Origin: Camelus dromedarius
Taxonomy: Eukaryota
DNA: 64,000 bases
Assembly: GCF_036321535.1 (NCBI RefSeq)
Contig: NC_087437.1
Span: 63,986,001-64,050,000, forward strand
Reading direction: 5' to 3'
The notes below the pieces were generated by a model, which saw only the letters and a program-made list of their open reading frames with translations, was not told the DNA's origin and did not search any database. The position numbers and the translations under genes are program-made. Below are positions 42,691 to 56,101 of the stretch, in pieces; position 1 is the stretch's first letter, and each line of letters begins with the position of its first letter.

Positions 42691-42940
42691 GTTCAACTTA
42701 TAAGATAGAACACCTGTGATCTGCAGAACTATAAGATTCTCTAAAGTCAGACATAAACAGAGAAACTGCAAAAAGTGTGATGACATGATGAAAACTATAT
42801 AGTGTAAGTTCACAACCACATGACTCTTGACTTGAACAAATTCTCCTAATCAAACACTAATTTCTATTTTGACCACTTAAATTTCATTAAAATAACAATC
42901 ACTAAGCAAATGATTCTAATGGAGCAAAGTAAAGTCTTAC

Positions 42941-43122
42941 TTAATGTTATAATGTCCAGTTTTCAGTGTACATCTATCAGGAAGCTGAGCAAGTTTCCTG
43001 GAGAGCATTTTAAAATACTTTCTGCACTCCTGCATGCCTGTGCCTTGTTCATAGTCAGTAGAAGCAGAAAGTGGCAGTCCATCTCTGACACGAATGACTG
43101 AGGCAGATAAAATCATAGACAT
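42941..43122 (-). CDS. SEC22A: SEC22A first coding exon (exon 2, CDS part; the exon begins at 43141), [60 protein letters not shown]
   Basis: Acceptor ttttgttttag|GTCCTC at 43141, ATG at 43122-43120, donor AA|gtaaga at 42941; 182 coding nt; the [12 protein letters not shown]-terminus is characteristic of SEC22 longins. Confidence 0.97.
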
Positions 43123-43199
43123 TTCAACCGACAGAGAGGACCTAAAACAAAATGAACAATTTGGGTTAGGTAAGAAATTAAAGACACAGCTGTAAACAT

Positions 43200-43880
43200 A
43201 GTGCAAAAACGTGCAATTCACTAATAAAGACATACTAATTGAAGTAATGACATACCATGCTTTCTGCAACAAATTAGCTATTAAAAAAAATATTTGCTTT
43301 CTGGCATTTCCATAAGTATATGTGGAAGTAAATACTGGAATAAACACGACTCTCAAAACAATTTAGTGATATTCAACAAGAATTTAAAAATATTTATGCC
43401 CTATGACCACAATAAATTTAAATATATAACCCTATCTTAAAGGAAAATAATCAGCTTTAGACAAAATTTTAAACATAAAGAGATTTTCTCCTAGAAATAA
43501 TTGAAAACAACAAACATGCAACAATAGGAGAATGGTTAAATAAGCTATGGTACACCCCTATGATGGAATATAATGCAACTAAAAGTTATGTCTGTGAAAA
43601 TCAGTTTAATAGTGTGGTAAAATGCTTATATGTTAGGTAGAGAAAAAGCAGGATCAAAACTGCATATGTTATTTTCCATAAAGACACAGAGAAAGCAGAA
43701 AGGAGTGATAAATAGAGAAAGAGATACTGGAAGAAAACATGACAAAATTACTATTCTTATCTCCAGGAAATAGTATAATGGGTGATATTTATCATTTTAT
43801 AATTTCCTAAATCTCCATAATATTCCACAATGGGCACATATTACTTTTATAATCAGAAAAAACTATTTTTATTTAAAATA
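43200..43880 (+). mobile_element. L1ME-like 3' fragment
   Basis: caacaataggagaatggttaaataagctatggtac; attacttttataatcagaaaa. Confidence 0.6.
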
Positions 43881-44071
43881 AATCTTAAAGCTAAAGGAAT
43901 ACTAGTTTTGATATGCTTCTCAATTTTTTCACCAGAAAGTAAATCATAATGACCTCTTTTACTATATTCTAATCATGTTTTACAAAAGATAAATAAAAGG
44001 ACTGGATAGGCCTAAGTCTGAAAGAAATCAGGTAGACAGTCAAATTTTCATTTAAAACACACACACACACA

Positions 44072-44263
44072 CAGTGGTTCTCAAATTTCAGCCTGTATAA
44101 AAACTACTGGAATTTTTATTAAGAAATGCAGATTTCTGGGCCCATCCTCCAAAAATTCTGATTCACTGACTATGGAGTAGGGCTTGAGAATTTTCCATTT
44201 TTAGCAAATTTTCCAGGTAATTACCATGCTTACTTGTCTAATGATAATACTTTGAAAAACACT
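44072..44263. mobile_element. MER5A-like hAT MITE
   Basis: Terminal inverted repeats cagtggttctcaaa / tttgaaaaacactg; internal aaatgcagatttctgggccc. Confidence 0.8.
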
Positions 44264-47200
44264 GAATTAAAACATGTTCACAGTCTGAAATTCAGTGATA
44301 ACTCTTTCCTGCCAGGCCACTGGAGCACAATGCCACTAAATGCTTCCCCTTCACTAGCACTAGGCACAACTAGTAAAAACTGAAAAATCTGGTAACAATT
44401 TCATAGGGTTTTTTTCATGATATTGTATCTCAGAGACTAAATTAATCCTTACCTTCCCAGCTCAGCTAGGTCAGTATTTTCTCACTCCAAAAACAAAAAA
44501 CTGAGATAGTAATATATCAAAAAATGACATAGAAAATCAACTATACCGGGTTTGGAAACCAGCGGTCTATAGCTTTTGTTGCTATGTCAAGTTGAAATCT
44601 GAATGCCCATTCATGATGGTAACTGACTATAAAGATTAATCCAAATAATAAAGCTATGCATTCAATTTACTTCCCTTTTCTCTCTTCATGAGGAAATTAG
44701 AGGAAAAGCTGGTATTAATATGTCATCACCCTTTAATATTTTTCTCCCCCATTTATTTAAAAGGAAAAAAAACCCAGCAGAAATTAAATTAGCTTTTACC
44801 ATAAAGGAAACCTTTAACAAAAGTTCCAACATGACATATGCAAATCATTTTTTTTTCCTATTCAACCAGTTTCTTTTTTCTTCTAAAAGCAGTAGCAAGA
44901 GAAAGCTGGGATCCCTCAAGGGATAATGTCTATACTATAAACCTCTTTTAAAAATTGTTACCATGTTTTATTTATTAAACCACAACTGTAACATTTAACC
45001 TTAGTGTAAGAAATTAGGAAAATGTCTTACTTCATAACCTTACACAATTATTATTTAAATATAAAGTTTTGTCTTTCCAGAAGCATACTGCAACACAATG
45101 ACCACTCAGGGAATTAACATGAGGGCAAGGATTCCGACTTGAAGTTTCCAAATATCCATTTTCTTAGTAATATTTAAAAGTAGACTGCATTCTTTTATGC
45201 CTGATCTTTCTAGGATCCCAAAAGATATATTATGAAAAATCTTTATTACAGAGTGCCAACTTTCATGTAATCTTTAAAGTTACTGTTTTCCTTTTTATGA
45301 CTCAAAAGACAGGATATGAGTCATACTTCCTAAAACATATACTGAGAAGAATACCAACCTGTAAGTTCCAATTGTTCAACAAACATTTATTGAGTACATA
45401 ATGTATGTCAGGGGCTATGTCACACATTAGGAATAGATAGGTCCTACCACTAAGGAGCATCAGTCCAAAATTAAGGAAATTCAGATGAAAACAGCAAACA
45501 CAAGATACGCTGCCCACCACTTTACTAATTGGAAAACTATGGTTAGACAAACTTGCCTTTCAGATATTCCTAATACACACTTTAAGGCTTGTAACCAAAA
45601 ACACAATACTGCAGAGATACTTCCTATCTAAATTCTTGAAATGGTGTCAGAGAACTGCTTCCATTTATCAGTAAATAAGATTTCTTTAAGAAGAAAAAGT
45701 TAAATCTCTTCCTTCTAGAGTAATCTGACCTAGCATCCAAACCAGTGAACTAAGAAAAGAAATTGGGATGACTGTCAAGTGAACAATGCCAGGCTTAACT
45801 AATTTGTAGGCAGATTTCAATCACCTTAGGATAAGCAATCTCTTCTTTATCAACTCAATAAATATACCCCGTTTTTTTTTTTTAACCTCGATTCTTAATA
45901 CAGTTCCTTAAAAAACAGATACACGCTCCAATCTTATCTGGGCTATGGCAGGAGAAAAAGGTATCTGCTCACGTCAAGGCCAAGCTAGGGTTAGGAAAAC
46001 CCTTAGAGTTTAGGCAAGGTCATGGTTGGAAAAACCAAGGAAGAGCCAGTGGGAACTGAGGAAAGGAAGAAGTCAAAATACTTCCATGGGAAGATTCAAG
46101 AGCAGTAATAGTTCTACCAGAGCCATAGATACACTTTTAGGTCACTGGTCCACTTTCCTTTACTTTTAATGCAGAAAATGTAACGTGCCTTTACGCAGCA
46201 GGAGAAGACTTAGAGGGAATCTGACTCCTGGCCTGTATATCTTTCCCCAATAGTAACTGCTAGAGGAAAAAGCCCAAGTTAGAACCTTGGTGGGTCTGAG
46301 TAAACATTTATGGAAGTCTGAGGAAAATAAACTCCCACAATGCCAAACTCCAATAGCAGTGGTTAGCAACCCTTTAGACCCAAGATAACAAGGTGCTCAC
46401 CTCTCTGCTTCACAACCTTTTGGGGTAATGACTGTGGGCCCAAGGTACCAGGGAGGTAATCTCTCAAAAAAATAACAAAACCCAACATATGAGTACATTT
46501 TATATCTATTTTCCAGCAAGATGTTTTCATAAATGCCTCTTTTAAGATAAAAACATTTCATAATGGGTTAATCACTCATATTTTATTTTAGTTCATTATT
46601 TTCCAAACTTCACTCAAGTACCATTTTCAGAAGTCTTATCATATCTGCATCCCACCTGTACTATTATTGACCAAATACAAGTCTTTCAATTGATTTATTT
46701 TTTGCCCTATCCTTAAGAATAGTATCTGTGAAATCAGTTTTAAGGTGTTAGGTTCTTGTCCTAACTTAAATTAAAATACACAGAATATTTCTTTTGTTTC
46801 ACTAAAATGTGTGTGTGAAAATTTTGGGAGAATTTTTTTAATGTTCATTGTTTATCATTCAAATTATCTTACCTATTTGATGTTACCAAAGTTTGGGAAA
46901 CACTATCTTGGTACATATTATTTTATTAAAAGTACCTGTGGGAACTGGGGGATTATTTGGGAAGAAAGCTATACTAACTGTGATACACAGGGTGGGGGCA
47001 AGATTGAGTGCAAAGGGAAGGACTTTATACAGCCATAGGTTAGCAGGAAGGCACCAGGGAGATAGAGCTTGAAGAGAAGAGGAAAGGGTAGCAAGAACAA
47101 ACAGAGTTTATTTTGTAGCTTTGCCTGAGCCCTCCACCTTACTAGCAGCCTTTGGTATCGCTATTACAGGTGCCTGTACTGCACAATATGTATAAGCCCT

Positions 47201-47269
47201 CAGGCTCCAGAGGAGATTATACCCACATCTTGGAACAAGGCCTCCAACACATGCACAAATGCCTCAATC

Positions 47270-48010
47270 ATTTGTGTAACACCCCACAGTTCACAAAGAG
47301 TGAGGCAGATATAATCTCCATTTTACAGATGAGGAAACTGAGGAGCCCTTTATCAACATCACATTGCTAATACAGAGCGGAACTGGTGCTTAAACCTAAG
47401 TCTCTTGTATCCCTACATCACTGTACTACCTCCTACAACCAACAAGGAGCAAGAACCCAATGATACAGAAACTGGCTACTCATTTTGAAACAATAGTAAT
47501 TTTAAAAACCAGCTTACATTTTCTTTAAGAAGCAGTATAGGACTGTAGTTCACAGGATGAACTCTGGAACCAGACTTCCTTGGTTTCAAAAACTGGCTCC
47601 ACCATGTAGTAACTGTGTAAACTTGGGCAAGCTTTGCCTTTTTATATTCAATATCCTCATCTGTCAATTGTGGCTACCAACAGTATCTATCCCATAGGGT
47701 TTAAAAAAAAAAAGATACTAATGGTACCTACCTCATCGGGACATGTAAGGAAACTGAAACATCACCTTGCAGACCAAAAGTACAATATTAAGTGTTTGAT
47801 ATTAGTATTTATTGACTGCCCTCTATTTACCAGACACCTTTTCACACTACCTCATTTAAGCCTTGCAATAACCTGTGAGGTAGATATTATCAGCTCCACT
47901 TTACCTCTGAGGAAATTCAAGCTCAGAAAAGTAACTTATTCAATCCCTAAACTAGCAAGTGACAGACAAACTTGGGCCTAACTCTACCTGTCCTGTGAGA
48001 CACTGCCTCT
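47270..48010. mobile_element. Cluster of three MIRs in alternating orientation
   Basis: ctccattttacagatgaggaaactgagg (about 47320); tatcctcatctgtcaattgtgg (about 47655, opposite orientation); ctctgaggaaattcaagctcaga (about 47910). Confidence 0.7.
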
Positions 48011-49208
48011 CAACATATTTGAGCTTCTTACTCAACTACAAGGATAAGAAGGTCACAGGCACCCCTTTGATAAGACTTGGGCTCTGTTCATACACCAGTA
48101 TAAAATACATTTAGATTTTTAAGAATCAGTCATACACCAAGAAAAGGCACTAAATTGAAATCATGGTTCTCAACATAGGAAATGACAAAATGTCCCTTAA
48201 CTTAGGGCAGGGCATAGTCACAGACATCAGGTTCAAACACTGAGCTACACCGCCTTCCTACACTAGAAATTGTAGGTACTTTTGGAGGCATTGCCTGAAT
48301 TCTTATTATCTTACTTAGCTCCTGAGCAAATGCCAGTTAAGCCGAAATGTGACTCAGAGTTTAAAGAGTGGCTGTTTCACCTGTTAACTGGGATCCCAAC
48401 ATCTCCCACCTGGTGGCTGACACTAATTTAGCCCTGGGCTTTGCCTTGGCTGAAGAGGCACAGGAGGAACTGGTTCTCAAGCTCTGCCACTGCCCCAGGT
48501 GGATAATCTAGGAAACTAAGGAAGAGAAAAAGCCAACGCTGTTTTCAATGGCAGAGAAATTAAAGCCGGCGGTGGTTCGGCCTCCTATTTCGGAACTCTC
48601 TTCCATCTGTGGCGTCAATTGCTCAGGTGTCCCTAATGAAACACCGTTCCCAAAGTGCCATTAACATTAACAGGGCCGTAAGAGTTCTTCGTGAGCCAAC
48701 GCGGGCAAATCTTTGGGCTCAATACTCATTCGATCCCACAAAAGGCAAAGTAAGACACTCTGCCTAAAAGAAGAAATGTCACGTCAAGTTCTCTGGGCCA
48801 CCTAAGCAGCCCAGTTAGGTCACCGTGTTTCTGACACCTGGGCGCCAAGGAATGCCCCCCACCGCTGGCAGCCCAGAGCTACTGTCCCACCCCCTCGGTC
48901 CCCTGCCCAGGCTGCCCCATAACTGGGCAAGTCAGCTGAAGGGCAACTGCCATTTGCGCGGCCCCACAGACCCCTCAAGTCGAAGGGGACGAAGTCCCAC
49001 AATCCTGCCCCTCCAAAGCTCCGCGGTTCCGACGACTCCCGGCTCCCGCCCCCAAGCCACGAGCTTTGTTCCCGCCCGGAGTAGGTCTGTAGTCTCGAGA
49101 GAGAGGGCGGAGGCTGTGGAAGAAGACGAAGAGAGAGGGAACGGCCAGCCAGGCGTCCGGGCGACCGTGAGAAGGGAAGAACGAGGACTAGGAGGGGCCG
49201 GGCCGTAC

Positions 49209-49300
49209 CTGTAGAGCTGGGACCCGCCGCTCCGAGTGACGCGGCCCGCAATGCATTGTGGGGTCGGGGAGTGGCCTTTCCTCGGGGCAGCCCCGCGTGC
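49209..49300 (-). other. SEC22A: Putative non-coding exon 1 of SEC22A (5' end uncertain)
   Basis: Donor CTACAG|gtacgg at 49209 inside the CpG island, downstream (minus sense) of GC and CCAAT boxes. The TSS cannot be determined from sequence. Confidence 0.65.
49245..49264 (-). promoter_or_regulatory. ZNF143/Staf binding site (SBS)
   Basis: Minus strand reads ACCCCACAATGCATTGCGGG, matching the ZNF143 core CCCACAATGCATTG. Confidence 0.7.
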
Positions 49301-49328
49301 AACGTGGCTGGCGCCCGGCGGGATGAAG

Positions 49329-49397
49329 CCCCGCCCCCGTTCCCTCGGCTCGCCAGGCCAATCAGGTAGTGGGGGAAGGACACACTGCCCCGCCCCC
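49329..49397. promoter_or_regulatory. Two Sp/KLF GC boxes (49329-49338, 49388-49397) flanking an NF-Y CCAAT box (49358-49362)
   Basis: CCCCGCCCCC twice and GGCCAATCAG; typical TATA-less housekeeping promoter layout. Confidence 0.7.
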
Positions 49398-49699
49398 TCC
49401 AGGGAAGATCAGCTACTTTTCACGCTTCTACCCCAAGAGAGTGCAAAATTCTCTGGTGACAGATAATGCTGCCCCTCACAAGTAAGGCTGATCTCTCTCG
49501 CCTGCCGTCTGTATCTGGAGGTAGTTTGTTTCTCACGCGGCCCTACAGCAAACACCGAAGGAGCAGGGGGGGATAAATCCCCTCTAAGTGAACAAGCAGA
49601 GGACCTGCCCCATCTACCATCACACACGGGGAGGCACCTAATCTTGGCAAAGAAGTGCCAGATGCTGTTCCTGCGGCCCCTTCCAGCTTTTGTATCCGT

Positions 49700-50660
49700 C
49701 ATGCATTATTAAACAAGCACTTACTGACTGCATACCATGTGCCAAGCACGGTATTAGAGGCACTGGGTTAAAGGAGTGAATCTAAACAACACTCCATGGA
49801 ATCTAAAGTATGGTAGGAGCAAGGGATGTTAAAGCATAAATCATTACAAGATTATAAATTGTGATTAGTTCTATGAAGGAAAATTAGTGGGTGCGATGAT
49901 AGATTAATCAGGACTATCAGGGAAGAGAGCTCTTTGAAGGAGTGCCTTTTAAGTTCCAGGCATATGTAAGAGCCTTAAAGAATGTTGCAGGGCAAAGGAA
50001 CATTATGTCTGAGGTTGTCAGGGCATGAAAGAACTTAATCTGTTCTAGGAAGTGAAAGGAAGTCAGTGTGGTTGAGGTGTAGGGGGCAAGCTTGAGCTGA
50101 GATGAGGCAGAGGCCAGACTATGCAGGCTCTTCCTGGCCACATTATAGATTTTATACTGTATTTTGGAAAGTATCCTAAGGTCAATGGGCAGCTAATAGA
50201 GTGTTAAGTAGGATCTGATTTACATATTTAAAAGCTCACTTAGGCTGTTTGTAGAGAATAGTTTGCAAGAGGGCAGGAGGGGTTGCTGGGAGTCCAGTTT
50301 GGAGACAGTTACATTAGTCAAGGCCAGAGATGATAGTGGCTTAAACTAGGGTAATGGCAGTAGAGTAGAGTAGAGACAAAGAGTTGGATAATTTTGAGAC
50401 ACATAAATCAGAGGTGGAATCCAAGGGACTTAATAATGAATTGGCTTGATGAGAAGGGTATGGAAAAGAGGAGCATTAAGGATGACTCTGCAAGTAACTA
50501 GGTGAATTAAGAAGCCATTTACTGATTCAGAAACATGGAAGGAGGAACAAATGGTTTAGGATATGTTAAATTTGAGATGCTTATAAATGGAGATGACAAA
50601 CAGATTTGGATATGTAACTGGAGTTCAGAAGAAATGTCTAGACTAATTGTATAAATTTGG
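49700..50660 (-). mobile_element. L2 element immediately upstream of the promoter
   Basis: aaacaagcacttactgactgcataccatgtgccaagcac tail; tatgttaaatttgagatgcttat body. Confidence 0.75.
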
Positions 50661-53600
50661 TGTTTGTTGGAGTGGGTTTAACTCAGCAATTCCACTCTTA
50701 GGTATATATGCAACAGAAATGTATTCCAATGGTTTCCAAAACACATATATATAAATTCTATAGGATAAATAAATTTTAGAATATTCACATAATGGAGTAG
50801 TATACAGGAAAGAGGATGAACAATCATCAACTGCGTGCAGAGCATGGATGAATCTTGCAATCATAAAACTGACTGATATAAGCCAGACACAAAAATTATA
50901 TACTACTCAATTCCACTTATAGAATATTCAAAACAGACAAAAATACTATATGAGTAGAAGTCAGGATATTGGTTACCCTTAGGTGGTATTAGTGTTTGGA
51001 AAGGGCCACTAGGGGGCTTCTGGAGTTCTAATAATGTTCTTGATCTGGATCTTGATTACACCAGTGTATTTAATTCATGAAAATCCGTCAAGTTGTACAC
51101 TTAAGATATATGCAAGTTTTCAGTATGTATTTCATTATTCAATAGAAAGTTTACATTTTAAAAATGTCATGGGTGATCCAACCATGAATAAGAAACTGGT
51201 ACCAGACTAACTTTCCTACCACAAACAATAGAAAATTGGACCAAAGCTGTGAAATTAGTGTCTTCAGACATTGGACAACAAGCACAGTAAGACTGAGATC
51301 CTGGAAAGAAGGAAAACAAGTAAGATAAGCCCAAAGATTTCCCCAGATTCCTTTCTGGAGGTATTTGCCTAAGCGCAGGATAGAAGAAAATTAAGCAGAA
51401 TACATTCCCCTTCTAGCTAAGGAGAGAGAAATTGGAATTAGGAGATCGAGACAAAGTTCAGAGAAAGAGCTCCGGAAACATGCGTGAGTCTCCTTGACTC
51501 TTTGGTGTAGGTTTAAGGATAGACTCCAGGAGGCTGGTTAAATAACAGCTACAGGGGGAACCGTAAGCTGAACAACTACTAGGGCTAGGATAGAGTTTGG
51601 AAACATTAAAGTTTTGATCAGTTGGAATGGAAAAACCTTATTAAACATGCGGGGCATTTGGTAAAAAGACCTCAGAAAGGCCACACTTAGAGATTAGGCT
51701 AACCCAGCCTAAGAGTAAAGTCTATTCTAGCCTCACTTAAACAAAGCTGAAAAAGCTTATCTGCAAGTAAATTAACTGCTTGCTTGAATGAAACTTAACA
51801 ATCTTTAAAGAGAGACAACAAAATCTAGGCACTACATCATGTAACACCTACAGTGTCCAATACCCAATAAAACTTATTATGTATGTGAAGAAGCAGAAAA
51901 ATGTGAATAATAAACAGGAGAAGAATTGGTCAATAGGCTCAGAAATGACAAAGATGATGAAATTAGCAGAGAATTACTTAAAGAAGCTATTAAAAATATC
52001 AAGAATTTAAAGGAAAACATAAATCAAATGAAATAAATGAAAACTATAAAAAGAACTAAATAGAAATTCTAGAGCAGAAAAATACAATATTCAAGATTAA
52101 AGCTTCATTGGATGGTCTTAAAAGCAGCTTAGATGCTACAGAAGAAAAGATTTGTGAATGAGGTAATAGTACAAAGGAATTATCTACACCAAATCACGAA
52201 AAGAAGAAAAGAAAATGAACAGTCTTAGTGACCTGCAGGACAATACCAAGTTACCTAACACATGTAATCAGAGACCCAGAAAGAGAGGAGAGATGATTTA
52301 AAAATATTTAAAGAAATAATGGCCAAAACTTTTCTAAATTTAAGGAAAAATATAAATGCACAGATCCAAGAAAGCAAACCAACCCCTAACAGGATAAACA
52401 TGAAGAATCCTCAGCAAGGAAACTTACATTGCTGAAAACCAACAATTAAAAGAAAAATATTAGAAACAACCAGAGAAAAAGCCACATTGTATACAGGGAA
52501 CAGAGACAAGAATTACTACTGACTCCACATCAGAAAGAATGTAAGCCAGAATTTAATGAAATTAAATCTGAATGAAAAAGCTCTATCAGTCTAGAATTTT
52601 ACATCCAACAAAACTTCTTTCAAAAAATGAAGGTGAAATAAAGGTATTTTCAGGCAAACAAAAGATGAGAGAATTTGTTGCTGCATATCTAAATTATAAT
52701 AAATACTAGAGCAAGTTCTTCAAATTAAACAAAAATGATTCCAAATGGAAATTCAAATTCACAGAGACAAATAGTGTTTAAAAATAGTGAATGTGTAACA
52801 TAATATAAAGATTTTGTCTTCTTTTTAAAATTTCTCTCTATATAATTAACCACTTAAATCAAAAACAGTAGCAATGTTTTATGAGGTTTTAACAAATGAA
52901 GAAGTAAAATATATGTTAACAATGCAAAAGAATAGTGACTGGATATATAGTTATAAGGTTCTTATACCATACATGAAGTGGTATAATTTGAAGGCAGATT
53001 GTGTTGAGTTAAAGGGACATATTGTAAGAGAAGTGACAAAAAAAGGTATCTAAAATCTAATAAGCCAATAGAGGAATTAAAACTAAAATACCATAAAATA
53101 CTCAATTAATCCAAAAGGCGGCAAGGGAAAAAAAGGAAAAATAAAATGAAGAACAGATAGGCAAATAAAAACCAAGCAGCCAATATGATAGATTTAAACC
53201 CAACCCATACTGATAATTTCATTAAATGTAAATGGTCTAAACAGTATTAAAACGTCAAGATTGCCCTACTGAATTTTAAAAATTGGTCAAGACCCAACTA
53301 TATGCTATCTACAAGAAATCCACTGTAAATCTAGAACGGTAGATCAGATAAAAGTAAAAGAATGTTAAAGGAAAAATCACTAATCACAAGAAAGGTGAAG
53401 TAGCTATGTTAATATCAGGCAAAGTGAACTTCAGAACAAGAAATATTATCAAGGTTAAAGAGGGATGTTTCATAATGTTAAAGGAGATATTTCATCAAAA
53501 GATATAACACATAGAAAAGCATCTAATAACAGAGTTTAGAAGTACACAAAGCAAAAGCAAATAGAACTGAAAGGAGAAACAGATGAGTCCACAATTATAG

Positions 53601-54932
53601 TTGGAGATTTCAACACTTTTTTCTCAGTAAGTGATAGAACAACTAGATAAAAAATTAATAAGGAGATAGAAAACATGAAACAATACTAACAACCAACTTG
53701 ACACAACTGGTATTTATAGAACACTTCACCAAACAACAGCAGAATATACATTCTTTTCCAGTGCACATGTACTATTCACCAAGTTAGACCATATTCTGGA
53801 CCAAAAAAATAACTTTAAAAATATTGTGTGGAGCAAAAGAAACCAGACACTTAAAGTACATTCTGTATTTTTCCATTTAAATGAAGATCTAAAAAAGTAA
53901 AACTGATCTATAGTGAAAAGAAAATCATAAAAATGGTTGTCTCTAGTGGTTGGATTGACTAGAAAGGGGCATAAGGGACCGTTCTACGGTGGTGATAATG
54001 TTCTGTATATTGATAGGGGTTTGAATTTCACAGGTTTACAAATTTTTCAGAATTCTTTTAATAGTACACTTAAGATTTTTGCATTTCATTGTATGTAAAT
54101 TTTACTCAAAAAAATGGCATACAAATATTAAAATCTAATTAGCAACTCTGAAACTATTTCTGTATTTCCTAGGCTTGAGCAAATGAATAAATACACTGAG
54201 AATAATGGAGGCCAGGTCTCTCATGTAAGGGAAGGGAGTTAAAAAATAAGGAGTTATCTGAAAATAAGGGAGCAAAATGCCATTTCCACTAGAAGGGACC
54301 AGAGGTCTTTGGATAAAATGTTGATCTCAGGCCTGGGGCACAGAAAGAAGCCTGGACTATCTTGTGCCAGAAAACAAAGAATTGCTAAAGAATGGCAGAG
54401 ATGTATCCAAAGGACATAGGAGCCAGCTTGAAGGTATTCCCACTGATCCGATATGGGACAATATGAGTATCAAACTAAACAATGATTGTAATTTTTCAAA
54501 CTCATTGAATGAAACAAAAATGAGTGAAACGAACAATCCATGAGTCCATACAAATATAAATTTAAATGCTAGATAGATAAGCCTATAGATAGACAATAGA
54601 TAGATAGATAGACAGACAGATTAGACAGATATAGATAAATAGATAAGGAGAGAAAGCTCTTCCTTACAGAAGACCAAGTAATATAGAAAGAATAACGGAC
54701 TTAGAAAACTGTTAATGGATACCGATGCCAAAGTAGACTGAAGTTTAATGAGGGACAGGATACTTATATATTCTCAAAACAACTCCCCAAATTGTCTACT
54801 AAGCAAAGGGAGAACCAGGAACTTTACAGTGGAGAAGCCTGGCAGACACCACCAAGTCACCAAGGCTCATGTCACTATTTTGGGACAAACTAACTCTATG
54901 TGCTTCCTAATATGATGCACTGAAAAGGACAC
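50660..54932 (+). mobile_element. Composite old L1 block: 3' fragment, 5'UTR/ORF1/ORF2-start remnant (about 51170-53780), then L1MC-like 3' region
   Basis: ORF1 remnants (ttcaaaaaatgaaggtgaaataaag; cacagatccaagaaagc); ORF2 start cattaaatgtaaatggtctaaac; attatagttggagatttcaacac. Confidence 0.8.
54575..54645 (+). repeat. Imperfect (GATA/GACA)n microsatellite
   Basis: tagatagatagatagacagacagattagacag. Confidence 0.8.
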
Positions 54933-56101
54933 TGTCACAGACTGAGTTTTCTGGAGATACTAAGGAAGAGTTCGGAGTGCGAGATGTGTATTAGCAATTA
55001 ACACCTATGAAGGGGTTAACAGAGTAGATGCAGGATTCAGAAGAGTTCGAACTGCCATTCTGACCTGACAAAGCCTCGACTGATCCAGTGGGACGCTCTG
55101 GAGTCAATACTGCCTATCAGAATGTCCCATGGGGCGGAAATGACCAATCTTGTACAGTCTCACCTCATTCAGTGACCAGATGCAGGCTACCCTGGGAAGG
55201 ATGTGACCGCAGATGAGGCTGTTCTCTGCAGCTGATGCAGACCCCGAAGGGGCTACACTCCTTGACGCCGGGTAGCAATTTCTTCACTAACAGAGGTGTC
55301 TAGGCAGCTTAGCTTCATATCTACCACAACCAGCGCCTTGTGTTGCCTATAACCACTTCTCCAGAAATCTGGTGGACCTCTTCCTGAGAGGAAACTTACA
55401 GGTAGGAAGGGAGGGAGACAAGCTACAGCTGATACCATTGGTATCAAAGCTACAACTGACGCGTATCATCATTCCCCTCCTTCACTATCCATTCTAATTG
55501 TCTTTGTCTTCAATTTCCAACTCGGTGGCCTCAGTGACTTACCAGTGGCATAACCCAGACTCTCATCCCCTAGTCATCATGCCCTGCTCTGTGGTTGTTG
55601 TTCCTGATTTTCTGTAGTCACAGTTGGGCAAGGAAGTACAATGAGGCTCCTGAGTGGGTCACCTGGATTCCACCCGTGTTCCTCCCTACCCCAGCCAGTT
55701 GTGTACAAGCAGCCCCACCTCCTCCTGATGCTCCGTAATTCCTGGCAAGACAGTGACCCTCTTCTTGCCTGGCCCCTGGACACAAGGAGCCCAAAGTGCT
55801 CAGGCAGCAGCCGTAGCTCATAATCCAATGGGACTCTTTTATCACCTGCCAAACATTTGGCACTTTTGGAGACCAGGAACTCAAACCCCTGAGAGCCCAG
55901 GGTTATGGAGACAAGAAATACAAAGTCCCTTTATGCATCGTGAAGAGTCATAATACGAGATGCCAATCTGCTTCTACCCCTTGGAACCCAGACTCACGTA
56001 TGGTTCCTGTTAGGAATAATCATGAGTTTTTTTGTGAGATGAGTGCCCTCAGCCTCTCAGTGTTCTGTTAGTAAGAGCCAAGCAATATTCAGCTTGTCAG
56101 T

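Larger units (their letters stand above)
48540..49540. promoter_or_regulatory. CpG island / SEC22A promoter
   Basis: The only GC- and CpG-rich stretch in an otherwise CpG-depleted window, about 6 kb upstream of the first coding exon. Confidence 0.9.

Noticed and set aside
43123..43356. N-terminal extension of ORF 42937..43356 upstream of MSMILS
   Set aside because: Runs through the splice acceptor at 43141 into intron 1 and L1-derived sequence
48820..49383. 187-aa minus-strand ORF and overlapping 129-aa and 76-aa plus-strand ORFs
   Set aside because: Non-ATG starts, low-complexity G/A/R/P composition and no recognisable domain; expected by chance in a stop-poor CpG island
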